The notes under the pieces are model-generated. The model made no database searches. It had not been told where the DNA came from and saw only the letters and a list, made by a program, of their open reading frames with translations. This document shows, in pieces, positions 39,801-53,560 of a DNA stretch of 64,000 bases. This DNA comes from Raillietiella orientalis (lineage: Eukaryota): the NCBI GenBank assembly GCA_036172245.1, contig JAYWIR010000011.1:3968001-4032000 (forward strand), read 5' to 3'. The first letter of the stretch is position 1. Each line of letters opens with the position of its first letter. Position numbers and translations under genes: made by a program.

Positions 39801-42800
39801 TTTGAAATTCAGAGAACTATTATAAATCAGCTTTAAATCTTTTTGCACATAGTAATGCATAATTGCATAAGTACTTTAAAAATCCATGTATATGTTCTCA
39901 TTTCATTGTTGAACAGAAATCCGTATTGAAGCTGTGCAGCAAGCATTAGCAGCTTTTCAGGAGAAACCTAAACCATCACTGCCTATGCCATCCAAACGAA
40001 TTTCTGTTCTGAATAGAGACCATCTGAAAAACCAACAGGATGATGATTCAGGTTAAGTATTTTCTGCTAAGAAAGGGTTCGACACTTTAATTTTATGTAG
40101 ATGTATTTAAATAACTTGAGATGAATAACAAAACCACATAGGATATCATTATTGGAATTGTCAGAAAATTGCGAAAAGAGATTTCGATAACATGTTTGAT
40201 TAGCACATATAATTTTTTCCAATTTCATTTGCATCAAAATTACACAAAAAAATTAACTTAAAAATCATCTGCACTTTATCGTAAAGAGTACAATGTGATC
40301 TTGGTATTAAAATACAAACATTAAAATCAGTCAACTTAAAAAAATATATGCATTAACAGAAAGATCTTAAATATGGGAGCATGCAACCAAAAGGTATGGG
40401 AAGCTCTTATTCATTTACATGGTACACCAGCCAAATGCATATGCTAGATGCATACAATTTTCTAATTTATTGTCAGTTTGTAATTTATTTCGTAGAAGTG
40501 TTTAGCCTTTTAAAACATTGAATAATCTACAGTATCACATTTAGTTTACAAATCTGTAGCATCCTTTTTATTGGTGTGCGTGTGTGTGTTTTTCCCTCTA
40601 CTTAAACTGTGTATCATGATGTAGTGATGTTATTGAAACACATTTGAATGATATCGACACATATTGATATTCTCTATCACATCAATTAGTATACAAATAA
40701 TTTAAATAACTGTTAGCTTCATTTTGTAAATCAAGTCCATGCACAATTTATCCGTCACTTAAAAAATCTTTCAAAACAACCGAACTCGTAAGGTACACTA
40801 ATTGTGTTTAAGGAAAGTATTACATAATTTCGATTTTTAAGTAGGATTAAAGATGCATGATCATTTCATTAAAAATTATTTGCACTTGTGGGGCTCCCTG
40901 TCCTTTTTACATTAGCATGCCAATAATGAAAGTATAGAATTAATAGGGAAATTATTGATTTTGAGTTTAGTTTTATGTTCAAATTTTTTATCCTAAGTAT
41001 TTTGAGCACTGATTTTTCATAGAAATTTTTATTTGGAATATTTGCTTTAGATTCACGAAATAATATTTAGTTATTTGTCCACCCGTTTATCGTATTACTA
41101 TTTTTTGTTGTAATAGACATTGGAATGAGTTCTGATGAGAGCAGTTTTATTAATGAAGATACAGCTTCACAATCTACTCCTGAACCAGAAAAACTGAAAG
41201 TTAGTTGCCATAATGACATAACTCATCAGGAAGCTGTTGATTCTAATGAAATAGCTTATAATATCCCCGAAAGTCACAGTGTTAGGTAATACTGTTCCAT
41301 AATTTTAGTCTTTCACTTACATTTTAATTAATTATTTTCCTGGATATAATCTTGGCTTCTAATAGATTATCCAATGGTAGTTGTATGAATATGCATATGC
41401 ATCCAAAATGGGAAAACGGTCATCATGTTCACATCACTAAAGAAACTATAAATGAAGGAAACTCGAAAGACAATTTTCCAATCTCATGTAAGATAGATGT
41501 TTTTTAATATCACAAAAATTTTGATCTACAGTTTGTAATTTTTGCATTGAAAAGTGTTAACTGAACAAAGCCCGTAAGCAACATGACATAGAATGAATCG
41601 CATTGAAAATATAAGCAGAATCTCTCAAATGTAATGGATAACTTTGAACAAAAATACTGATATTCGCATTATTGGTTTATTGGCTTGTGAAATTAATTCA
41701 ATACTATCAGTCTGTCAGTTATGTTAATGATACTAGTATTTAATTGAAAAACTGTTTAAAGCTTATTTATAAAGACGTAACCACTAGCTAGTAAAAATTT
41801 TTCATGAGATGTTGAAATGATTGGTGAAAATGTGATTGTATTAGATTCTCGTCCAGATGTTACATACCACTCTCAAAGCTCAGAGAACAGTGTATTTATT
41901 GATGACCTTCAATCTGAACTGGAAAATACCAGCATTGCAGAGGACACCACAGGTACAAAGCTGTAAGGATATTTGTATTTATTGTAAGTTTTTGTATTAG
42001 GAACGTGCAAATGGAGGGTTTCTGCCAAAATTCAGCAGCTTCTAAATACACTCAAAAAACCAAAACGACGACCTTTGCCAGAATTCTATGTGGATGATGA
42101 TACAGATATTGAAATAAAAGCTAGTCTTAAAGACCCAAATGCTCCCAAACCAGAAGGCAACTTATTAACGCCAGTTATTGGAGAAACTTTAATGGTAGTG
42201 CAAAACAAAGAGAGAATCCTGTGAATATGATTTCCATTAGGTTCCTAAAGGGCTACCACAGAATTTGGAGGCAGCCATTTTACGATATGGCTCTGCTTCT
42301 TATAAGGCTGTTTGCGCCACAGTTGTGGATCCACAGTATAAACTAAATTACACCTTAACATATGGTATGCTCACTGATGACATGCAGTTTTTTTGATAGT
42401 TTTTGTAGCAAAATTGCTTAGCAGAAGCTACAAAATAGCATATTTTCTCTTAAATCATAATAAACATGAATGCAACTTGAGAGCAGGTGATCGAGTGGCT
42501 TTGGTTTATCCAAACAATGATCCCATCAATTTTATTTGTTCCTTTTATGGGTGCTTATTCGCTGGTGTTATTCCTGTACCCATAGAGGTGCCCATTACCC
42601 GAAGAGTGAGTGAATTATTCTCCTGTAATCTTCAATTACTGCGAAATTTGCAGGACACAGGATCTCAACATATAGGTTTTTTACTTGGAAGTCTCAATGT
42701 ATCAGTAGCATTGACTTCAGAGACGTGCTTCAAAGGGTTACCTAAATCTAGCACAGGAGAAGTTATTCATTTCAAAGGCTGGCCTAAAATCACTTGGAGT

Positions 42801-45800
42801 ATCACAGAGCATTTAGTCAAAATTCCAAAAGATTGGGTACCTCCTGCACAGCTTTCAGATGATTCACCAGCGTACATTGAGGTGAAGAAATTAAGAATTT
42901 TACTAATTTTTCATTTGTTTCTAGTATGTTACAGATAAACACGGTGCGGTTAAAGGTGTTACTGTAAGTCGCCAAGCTATGCTCCAGCATTGCCAAATGC
43001 TAAGTCAGGCATCATGTTACACAGAAGGTGAAGTTGTGGTGTGTGTAGTTGATTTCAAACGAGAAGTTGGATTGTGGCACAGTGTATTATGTGTAAGTAA
43101 ATTTCTCATTTTGTTCATGTGATTATTTACAGCTTTAGAATGTACTGAATGGTATGCATGCAATATATGTTCCATATTCTTTGATGAAAATGAACCCAGC
43201 ATCATGGATGCAAATGATTACTCGATTTCGAGGTTGTATTTCAAGTTTCAGTAGCTTATTACATTGTCATTTGAATTTTAGCTAGTATAGCATTAGTTAA
43301 GTCCAGAGATTTACATTGGGGCTTGCTGGCCACTAAGGATCATAAAGATACAAACTTATCTTCTTTGCGTTTTCTGCTTGTTGCTGATGGTGCCAATCCC
43401 TGGTCTTTATCATCATGTGATCAGTTCCTCAACTTATTTCAAAGCAAAGGCTTGAGGGCAAATGTCATTTGTCCCAATGCAAGTTCAACAGAAGCACACA
43501 CCATTTCACTGAGAAGGTACAAGTAATTGTTTCATTCAATGTCTTCAACATATATATTATAGACCAGGTTTTAATGCTGTTACTGCTACAAGTCGAGGTG
43601 CTTTATCTATGAGTGGTTTAAGTTTTGGAGTTGTAAGGCTAGATCAAGAAAATAGCTTAACATCTTTAACTTTACAAGATTGTGGTCAAGTTCTTCCTGG
43701 GTGTAAGGATGCTTCTACAAACTGCTGATAGTAATGCTTGCTGTGTCTAGCTATAATTATAGTGATCAAGTTAGAAGGAGCACCTCTTCTTTGCAAAACT
43801 GATGAAATTGGAGAGATATGCATTAGTGCTAACTCATGTGGATATCAATACTGGGGTCTTCAAGGTCGCAGCCATAGTGTCTTTAAAGTTATCGCTGAAG
43901 GAGTCACCAATCCATTATTAAACGGTGTTGAATTTGTTCGCTCAGGACTTCTTGGATTTTTGGGTCCTAGTGGATTGGTTTTTGTTTGTGGTTCCCGTGA
44001 TGGTCTCATGGTGGTTTCTGGTCGTAAACACAATGCAGATGATTTGATTGCAACCGTGTTGGCTGTTGAACCTATGAAATTTGTATATAGAGGGCGAATT
44101 ACTGTGTTTTCTATCAATGTGCTAAAGGATGAACGAATCTGTGTGATAGCTGAACAGCGACCAGATTGCACAGAAGAAGATGTATGTTGAACACATAAAA
44201 TCACAAAAACCAGTATTTTTCAGAGTTTTCTTTGGATGTCTCGGGTTATGCACGCTGTTGATTCAATTCATCAGGTTGGCATATATTGTCTTGTCTTGGT
44301 TCCAGCTAATGCTTTGCCTAAAAGCGCACTTGGTAAGCATGTTTTTGCCATCTGTAGTAAAACATTGAAATTGCTGAACACTAGGAGGCATCCACATTTC
44401 TGAAACCAAACGACGTTTTTTGGAAGGCACCCTGCATCCTTCTAATGTACTTATGTGTCCTCATACATGTGTTACCAATCTACCAAAACCACGAGAAGTG
44501 CACCCAGATATTGGTCCTGCATCTGTTATGATAGGAAACATAGTACAAGGTTATTAGGAAGATGTGTAATGCACAGAGATAATTTTTTCATTGCAGGCAA
44601 TAGATTGGCATCAGCACAAGGGCGTGATCTTACATGTTTGGATGATGATTCAAGGAAGGTATTCATTTTAGTAATTGACCTCAAATAATTATAATCAGTT
44701 TTCAGTATCAGTTTATCAGTGAAATTCTAAAATTGCGCGCCCAGACAACCCCTGACCATATTCTTTTTTCACTCTTGAGTGCTAAAGGATCTGTTGCCAC
44801 CACATTAACATGTTCTCAGCTGCACAAACGAGCAGAGCGTATTATGTGCTTTCTTGTTGGCAAGAAGAGGTTGAATACAGGAGATCACGTAGCACTTATT
44901 TATCCACCTGGACTTGATCTCATTTGTTCCTTTTATGCTTGCCTGTATGCTGGCATGGTCCCAGTAACCATTCGTCCACCACATCCCTGTAACTTACAGA
45001 CTACATTACCAACAGTTAGATTAATCGTAGATATATCAAGAGCATCAGTAATTTTGTGCAATCTGAGTATCGCCAAACTACTTAAGTGCCGTGAGGCTAT
45101 GGGCGTCGTAGATTTGAAAAATTGGCCATTAATTTTGGAAACTGATGACTTACCACGTCGTAAGTCATATGAATGCTCTAAATTACCCACAGCAAACATG
45201 TTAGCTTATTTGGATTTCAGGTATAAATTTTGTAAAACTGTTGATTTGAAGTGCTCATTTGTATTTTTGTTAGTGTATCAACAACAGGAACTTTAGTGGG
45301 TATTAAAATGTCTCATGCAGCTTGTACATCTTTGTGCAGATCCATGAAACTTGCATGTGAATTATATCCTTCACGACATGTTGCCCTTTGTTTAGATCCG
45401 TATTGTGGTTTGGGTTTTGCTTTATGGTGTCTCAGCAGCGTTTATTCAGGGCATCATTCTCTATTGATTCCGCCATCGGAACTTGAACTTAATCCTTCCC
45501 TTTGGTTGTCAACTGTTTCTCAGCATCATGTTCGTGATACATTTTGTTCATATGGCGTTCTTGAGTTATGCACACGAGGTTTAGCATCTTCGTTAGAACT
45601 TTTACGACAACGAGGTCTCAATTTATCATGTGTGCGCACTTGCATTGTTATAGCTGAAGAACGTCCTCGTGTTTCTTTGACAAATAGTTTTACAAAGTTG
45701 TTTTCATGTTTGGGGTTAAGTTCTCGAGCTCTGTCAACCAGTTTTGGATGTCGTGTCAATGTAGCCATTTGTCTTCAAGGAGCATCCAGTCCTGACCCTG

Positions 45801-46612
45801 TAACTACCTACGTTGATCTGCGTGCCCTAAGAAATGATCGTATAGCCTTAGTAGAACGTGGTGCGCCACACAGTTTAGCTTTGGTGGAAAGTGGCAAGTT
45901 GTTGCCAGGAGTGAATGTAATTATTGCCAATCCGGAAACTAGAGGACAATGTGGTGAATCTAGTCTAGGAGAAATCTGGGTGCGATCAGCACACAACTCA
46001 AGTGGCTTCTTTACACCATATTTAGATGAAAATAATCATTCTAGTGTCTTCCAAGCACGTTTAGTTACAGGGTGTGTCAATGAAACCTATGCTCGCACAG
46101 GATACTTGGGATTTTTGATTCACAACAAATCAGATGGAGGTAATTGTTGTATTGGTTTACACTGATCCATAATTATGAGTTATGTGCTTACAGAAGATCA
46201 TGACTCGCTTTTTGTGGTTGGATCGTTAGATGAAGCACTTGTGCTCCGTGGAATGCGCTATCATCCAATAGATATTGAACAATCAGTATCCCGATGTCAT
46301 AAAAAAATAGCAGAATGGTAAGCAAATGAAAGAGGATTAGATTGATAACTTGATTTTAGTGCTGCCTTCACGTGGACCAATTTACTGGTCATAGTAGTTG
46401 AACTCGATGGTAAGGAAAGTGAAGCATTGGACTTGATTGCCCTGGTGACAAATATAGTCCTTGAGCACCATCAGTTGATTGTTGGTGTTGTAGTAGTCGT
46501 TGACCCAGGAGTTATACCAATTAATTCTCGTGGAGAAAAACAACGAATGCATTTACGTGATGGATTTCTTGCAGATCAATTGGATCCAGTATATGTAGCA
46601 TATAATATGTGA
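33850..46612 (+). CDS. DIP2: Disco-interacting protein 2 homolog (DMAP1-binding domain plus two adenylate-forming domains)
   Basis: Exon 1 33850-33955 (LPESVREKLAELDLELSEG), 35702-35764 (DITQKGYEKKK), 38741-38836, 39917-40051, then many closely spaced GT-AG exons from ~41117. Motifs VSAKIQQLLNTLKKPKRRPL, GDRVALVYPNNDP, LYPSRHVALCLDPYCGLGF; C-terminus DQLDPVYVAYNM*. Confidence 0.97.
39215..39250. repeat. Perfect 16-bp-stem hairpin in DIP2 intron 3
   Basis: CACCTTCCCAACACCC-ctct-GGGTGTTGGGAAGGTG. Confidence 0.9.
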
Positions 46613-46834
46613 CATTTTTTATTAGAATCTTATATAATTGAACTTTCCCTGTGATCTAGCCATCGAAGACCGTAGCAAAGTAAAGCAAAAGTAACAAAAA
46701 CAATGCCAATCACGAAACTTTTATTATATAAAAGACTATGATGTAAACTTTTATATCTTAAACGTAAGAACAATTACAATTATCTGATAAGTAAGAACCT
46801 ACGAGAATTTACAGTACATATTAAGCTACCATTA

Positions 46835-49800
46835 TCAAGTACAAACATAACTATCAACACAAGAGTTTTCAAGACTTTTCAAAAAGGGATAATTTCCTTT
46901 ATCTTTTCCCTGGGGAACAGTGCAGTCACATATAGAAGAATTCTCAGTTGCAATTTCCATTTTCCCTGAAGCCTTACACCAAATAGGGCACCACCTCTTT
47001 ATGATCCAGATGAAAATCAGTGGAAAAGGAGTCATTGTTGCAACAGCAATTGGCATCACTAAAACAAAAACACTTAACACTTCATAATGCAGGATCGTAA
47101 ATCACCTGTAGCAATATCAGCATCAGGTTGCTCCAATGACACACGAAGCAAGAATATGCTGATACCTGTGTTCTGGATGCCTGTCTCTATAGATATTGCA
47201 ATAGCATCTTCAGTCGCTAATTTTCCGCACCTTGTAACTACGTAACCCAATAAAAATCCTAACCAAGGTAAACTCAAACCACTGATTATAATCTGTTTTT
47301 GTTTGTTTTTTTCTTGAACACATGCTAAATCACTTAGGTACTCACCTGCCATGAAAATAGCTGAAACAAACTATAATTTGTGACGATTGCAAACAACACA
47401 ATGTAGAGAATCAGGCAAACAGATAAAGGACGGAGCAGTTTCACCATAAACTTGCTGATTTTGGGAAGTTTCAGCTGTATCAGATAACCAATGCCCAACG
47501 GAATCACCAAGGAGAATATTCCAGTGGCTATATGCATGTACGGTACATGTAACTTGGCCTGATTGAATAAAACATCACCAAGAGTGAACAACCAAGCGGG
47601 CATAACTCCTGAAATGCAACCAAGCAAAGCATGCCTTCAGAGAGCATTCACCAAACTAATCATGCATTTAAGAATACAGTAGTGATAACATTTCTTTGAA
47701 GAAACCCCCTAAATACCGGTCCCTACATGTCAACTCTGCTTCAATTAACGAATCAATAACCGCTCCACGATTTGCCAGCTAACAAAAGCACTTGGCAACA
47801 GCTAGCATTCCAGTACCAGTTAACCAGTTTGGACATGCACAAAATCAAGGGTTAGCGATTTTCGGCATCCTCAATCGAATTCACAGGTGTTCGCGTGCCT
47901 GCTCCTTTATTCTTGTTTTCCTCCATTCCCTTAGTCCTTTCAGGACACAAATCCAAAGAAAAACTCAAAACCAAAACCCGTAAGGCCCTTTAAGGTGATG
48001 ATCCGGCATCTTTCGGTGGCAACAACACTGAACCAAATGCTGCAGAGATGGGAAGCATAGCCACTGAAGAAAGCACCAAACACCCATTAATCAATGAGCT
48101 TCAAATTTCAAAAATCCCCCGTCAACTGCAATCATCGGATGTGTTGAAGGGCAGTCGGAATCCAAGCAAAGCAAACGCTCGAGTTCGCAACCCATCGAAA
48201 CAATGAAAGCTAATAAAAGTGCGCGACAAGCATTCCACAGCATAAAACAGGATCATAGGAAGAGGCAGCTTTCCACACAGGGGAACAAACACAACAACTT
48301 TCCAAATGCCCTTCTGTTGACAGAAACAAAATCACCTGCCTGTACTTTGCACACATGTACGTTGACTTCTTACTGGAGAAGAAAAAGAGAGATCCGGCAC
48401 CAGAAACAATGCCCCATGAGCACTAATGCCTCCAAACATGTGGCCATGTCGTGCTATCTGGGCACACACTCTATCGTTTGCAGGTAAACTTTGTCCTTGC
48501 TGCTGTCTTTTGAACATTTCAGAAGGAACAACAAACTGTCGAATCACAACCCTTGAGACTGCAACCCTGAGGAAGAAGCTGGATCTAAGAACCCCCAAGA
48601 GACGTCGCAATTGCAATTTGTAACTGCTTGCAATGTGTTCACACGAAAAAAACCACAACAACTAGGAAATGAAACACAGAAGCAACAAAAGCCACTAATC
48701 CAAAGGAAACTACATGGTTCTCTTATACATCCAGGACACAGCAAACACACCAGCTCACAGTTACCTACACAATCTCTACATACTTGAGAAAAATGTCAAC
48801 AACAATTGCAGTTGCTTCAAACAGAATGCAGGGCCTCTGCTCCTCCAACTGCAAGGCTGGTGGAGGAATGCAGCAGCACTCAATCGTCTGTGTAATACTC
48901 AATACGCAAAGAATCTAGTTTTCTAGAGCAAAAAACAAAACACCGTGCTCAACTGTCATTTATACAAAACCAATCTTCCAATCTTTCACAGCATGTAATG
49001 CATGCAGCCCGTGGAAATCCACACACAAAACAGGTTAAACATTCTGCAATGACACACTTTCTGCATTTCTCCAAAACCAAAACCATCACGGGATTACTTG
49101 AATTCCTAAGTACAACTCGGGCATAATTTACAAAGTGCAAGCACATGATGACAGAAGCACTTTCAAGACATAAACACACAACATTGTTGAAAATCATCAC
49201 AATACCTGCAGAATGCTCCTACAAGCATAACACAAGTTCACAAATATACTCACCAAATGCCAAAACAGTGCTGATGAAAGTCATGGTAAGACTCAAGTTC
49301 AGATTTCCATTCAGCACATATGTCCAGATATTCGAGGCACCACCTCCAGGGCTACATCCAGTAGCAAATAATCCCAACTTCAATCCGGGTGGAGCAAGGA
49401 AAGCATAAGCCAAACAAAATGAGATCTAAAATGGAAAATCAAGCTTGGAAAAACAACATCGAGATAATACAATATGTTGGGCAAGAAGAACATCAAGGAA
49501 ACTGGGAAATACGTTAGTGAAGTCACCAAGTGTAAAAAGTCACCACGGAAAACAATCATTTTCCCAAACACCAAACTCCACATTTTTCCAAGAACCACAA
49601 ACAACTTCCAGATACGAGCATGAACATTTCATATAACATGCTACCCCAGGAATGCTACAATCAGTATGTTCCATTGCTTTCAGACTGCTATTCTTCAAAA
49701 ACCTATGCTTTCCCATTTCACATTCTCACTCTTTGTCTGTGCATGTGGTGCTGCATTCTCTTTCAGCATGTATTCAGAAATGAAACAAATGATACTTGCA

Positions 49801-50931
49801 TGCTTCCAAATTTACTGCTATCAAATTTACGAGACTAATGAGAAAACCCTAGCAAACTGCACATGCAAACCTCTCCCTGCTCAAAATGACAACCAGCTTT
49901 GGCTTACGGGCACTTTGGTAAGCAGCAGCATCTATTGCATGCTTCCAGGAATTCGTTTCCAGAAATCAGCCCCCAAAGCATCGATTGCATTCTCACCTCA
50001 CGGCATCCATTAACGACAGTGACGACTGCACCCAAGCTGCATTCAAGACACACTAACTCGTGATTACCAATTACCCACTGACAAGAAAAGTAACAACTAC
50101 AGCAATGTTTCTCAGTCCAGTTTCATTCACGAAAACCATGCTTCCTAATGCATTCAGGATGCTGAGGAATATGCCATGGTACAAAGCACACATCGGCATA
50201 CATCCAGAAATTCTGATCTACATTTGGCTCAAAGTTTTATCTGAAATCTTTGAAAAGCAACCACTCTTCCAAATTCGCAATTGTTCTCAGAGAGTTTCAT
50301 GTTAGAAAACACTCTCATGTCCGTCTCTTTCTCAGCTTACCAGGGGCATCCCCACATACTGACACAGTAATCCAAGAAAAGGAGCTACGGGACGTTTGAA
50401 AACACTGGTTACTATGGTCATGTCAATTGTGCATCCCATGTTAATGTAAATCACTGCAACTAATGCTGCAACTGAATATACAAATATCTTATTCAACAAC
50501 TGGGGCTTGCGAAGAACACTGATTTGGAGAGCATCTGACTGTTTCGTGACATTTGCAGCTTTCAAATTCACCTTCACATAGGTGTGACCTAAAAATTTTC
50601 CTGTCATGTTGAAGGAAAAATTTTGCTTCCAATTATATTCATCGTACAGGGAACAGTGAAAGAAATAAGTCTTATTTCCTTCTAGGCTTGCTACTTCGGG
50701 ATGCTCATTCTCCAGGTCGACGGTAAAATCACCTAATTCACCACAATTCAAGTCATTCAGACCGCAAAAAAATTCTTGTGTTTCATGTTCGAATAATTTA
50801 GCCGTTGGTGGATAGAACGACACGTTCAATTTCTGCAGAGTTGGAATGGCATACACTTTGCAGATAGAATAAAACAAAGCAAATAGGGCAGCATACAATA
50901 TGACAAAATGGAATGGCCACAGTGGGCACAT
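46835..50931 (-). CDS. SLC10 family sodium/bile-acid cotransporter-like protein (P3/SLC10A3-A5 type with long N-terminal ectodomain), copy A, complete
   Basis: Exons 50931-50341, 49425-49254, 47608-47346, 47292-47106, 47058-46835. Motifs YINMGC, KRPVAPFLGLLCQYVGMPL, GCSPGGGASNIWTYVLNGNLNLSLTMT, MPAW, AISIETGIQNTG; hydrophobic N-terminal signal-like segment. Confidence 0.93.
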
Positions 50932-51070
50932 GACTGTTTCAATGAATTTCTCAAAAACCCTATGAAGAAAAACACAAACATGAATGCGAATTTAACAAAC
51001 TCAACATCACATCGGGAACATCACACAACACAATGGTACACATTCACATTCTACAAAGCTGTGTAATTCT
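47331..51070. repeat. Left arm of a large inverted duplication (visible part; pairs with ~60260-64000)
   Basis: Homologous coordinates sum to ~111330-111331 throughout (ATG 50931/60399; exon 3 start 47608/63723). Introns are included in the match. Confidence 0.97.
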
Positions 51071-51399
51071 CCATTCATGTTAGCACAGCGTTATCACCAC
51101 TAAGTGACAACAATTCAGTAAATTTTCACATTCCCATGTAAAACATGTTTGGAGGTACTTGATGCACAAGACATAAAGGCTAGCACTGCCCAATTCCACT
51201 AAAAAGTAGCCTTCAAGGTGCTTGAATCGGATGTGGAACGTTAATGTGGCTTCTGGGGCATTACAATCTTTGAAAGTAACATTTGTTAATTATTATGCTT
51301 CTAAGAGATTTTGAAATGTTTCTTTCAAAATGCAGTTGCACAAGGTGAGGTTTTCATGCTGAAGTATAAGCAAACGCTGGAAGCCACGATTCCTGACTT

Positions 51400-53560
51400 G
51401 TTTCTTCGTATGCTTGTGGGAAAAGTAACGCATCCATATGGAGAAAAACGCACGTGCGTGGCTTGCTGATTTCACAAAATCGGGCAAGGAGAACAGCATG
51501 TCGGTTGAGACACATGAAATGGCAACCTCAAGAGATCACGGTTTTTGCCGACGCAGCGTTCTGAAGAAACCTTTTCTTGCAGGGAGCCATGGGCCACCCA
51601 TCGGCAAGGCTATGCGTTCACGCTGCGTGACAGCGTTTCCCATGCACTACTTATTGGCGTGGAGAAATTGCTCGGCAAGCAACGAATGCTTACGAGTGAA
51701 GGCTGGTGAAAGTTAACGGGGCCTATTTTTCCACGTGACAGTTCGTGAATCCAAGGCTCGCAACTCACGTGTGCTGAAGAGGAAGTTTTTCTTTTCCTTT
51801 TCTTTTTGTTTCTTTTTTCTTTTTTTTTTCTTTTTTTTTTTTTTTACCCCTCGTTTCTTTGATTGAGGGGGGAGGGGAACGAAAGTGGGAATGATTTGTT
51901 CCGTGTGCAGCAGCAGAGTTCACTCGATATATCGAACAGTACTTTCTGCTTTATGGTAATGAAGAAGGTGTAGTTGCATAAGGAATGGGAAAATGCTATT
52001 TTGGTAATAGCTGCGATGTTTGCGCTTACGCAGTTTTCCTGATTTTTTTCTCGTGTTCTTTTTCTTTCTTTCCCCCCCCCCCTCTCTCTCTCTCTCTCTC
52101 CCAAGATGGTCGATTTTTTTCGTGATTTTCTTGCCTTTCCACGTTACGAAAGCAGGCATCTTATTAATTTATGAAGTTGGCGAGCGGGCAGTGCCTGGCT
52201 GGCAGCATGCACTCGGGGGAGAAAGAAAGGTCCATCTCTGAAACATTCTTCCCCGAATGCAGAGTTGGAAACGCCTATGATCCATTGGGAGCAAAGCCAC
52301 TGCGTGTTGTGCAATGTTGCCTTAGGGTTTGCTGTCCACGGAATCGTATTTTCGGAGTCGACTTGCAAGTCGCCAGATAGCGGAACTTCAACTCCCGGAA
52401 TTTAAGAGAGTTGGTGGGGCGGTTGGGGGGGGGGGGACATTCGAGCGTGGAAACGACTCTTCCTTTTTAGCGCTGGCAACGTGGAAACACACACGACAGG
52501 AACGTCACGTCATAGACCGAAGTCGCGAGCGAAAGTAATGAGCCTCGAAAGGAATGGAGTGAATCTTCCTGGCCGGTGATCCTGGCCGGCTGCATCCGCC
52601 GTTCAGGTTCACGAGATGGGTGGGCGCTTCCGGAGAATGGGGCGGAACGCGTCCGTGGACGCTGAAACGGCGACCCCGGTCGTTGGCAGTCTTGGGGGAC
52701 TGTGGTGGTCACGGCTCTCGACCACAGAACCACGCATCCCCGCTGAGGAGGTGCAAAGATGTTTGCGAGAAGCATGCAGAAGAAAAGAAAAAAGTAGCGG
52801 AAGGGAAAGAATGAAAAAGATTGGCCGGCAAGCACCAGAATGGGCGTCGTTACGCAAGGGGCAAGAAATTGAGTTGGCCGGGTTTCGGATGCGAGGAAAA
52901 GGGGACGACGACCGGCGAAAGTGAACCCTGGAACTCGGTTTTTTTGGATCGCAACGTTTGCCCGACTGTCTCCTCGATGGAATCGCCAGAGCTGCTGCCT
53001 TTTTTGTGCATACTTTCGGACCGTTTCCTCAGACGGGCGAGCTTACGAGATGTGAAACATGAGACGGTCAAGGATTGGAATCTCCACGACACACAAATCG
53101 CCCCGAAAACGAACGGATTTGCAACGTACTCAGCTGACCCGACCCAGTGAAATTCGTGAAACTTATCGCATCGAACCGCAGGGGGACAGGTTGCATTTAT
53201 CCACGGAAGACCTATTGCGAGGAAGGCACGTGAGGAATAGTCTCAAAAAGAAGCCATTTCGAAATTTCCACTCTTAAGAAACCGTTTCCTTACCTGGGAT
53301 GAGTAAACCGTACAAAACCAGGCCCTGGAAGCCGAAACCACGCAATGGACACGGGGAATTACATGACTTTTCTTTTTTATTATTATTTGAAAGTTATGCG
53401 AAAATCCAGTCATGTGAATGAATGAACTTTTTCCCTAAGGATTACACAAAATACATCCCGTGCTTATGGCCGACGTAATACAGCGATATTGGGGTACTCC
53501 TACGAACAAGAGGGCTTAGACACGTGGCATCAACTACTTCAGCTTCAATGACTGTAAACC
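51400..53560. promoter_or_regulatory. GC/CpG-rich region upstream of SLC10 copy A; possible promoter or 5' UTR exon region
   Basis: Locally high GC and CpG, poly-T and (CT)n tracts, five CACGTG sites, no credible ORF. Confidence 0.35.
52082..52101. repeat. (CT)n microsatellite
   Basis: About 10 CT units following a C run. Confidence 0.9.

Noticed and set aside
48203..49200. Small ORFs conserved between the two SLC10 intron 2 copies
   Set aside because: Conservation is explained by the recent duplication or conversion; no protein motifs found.
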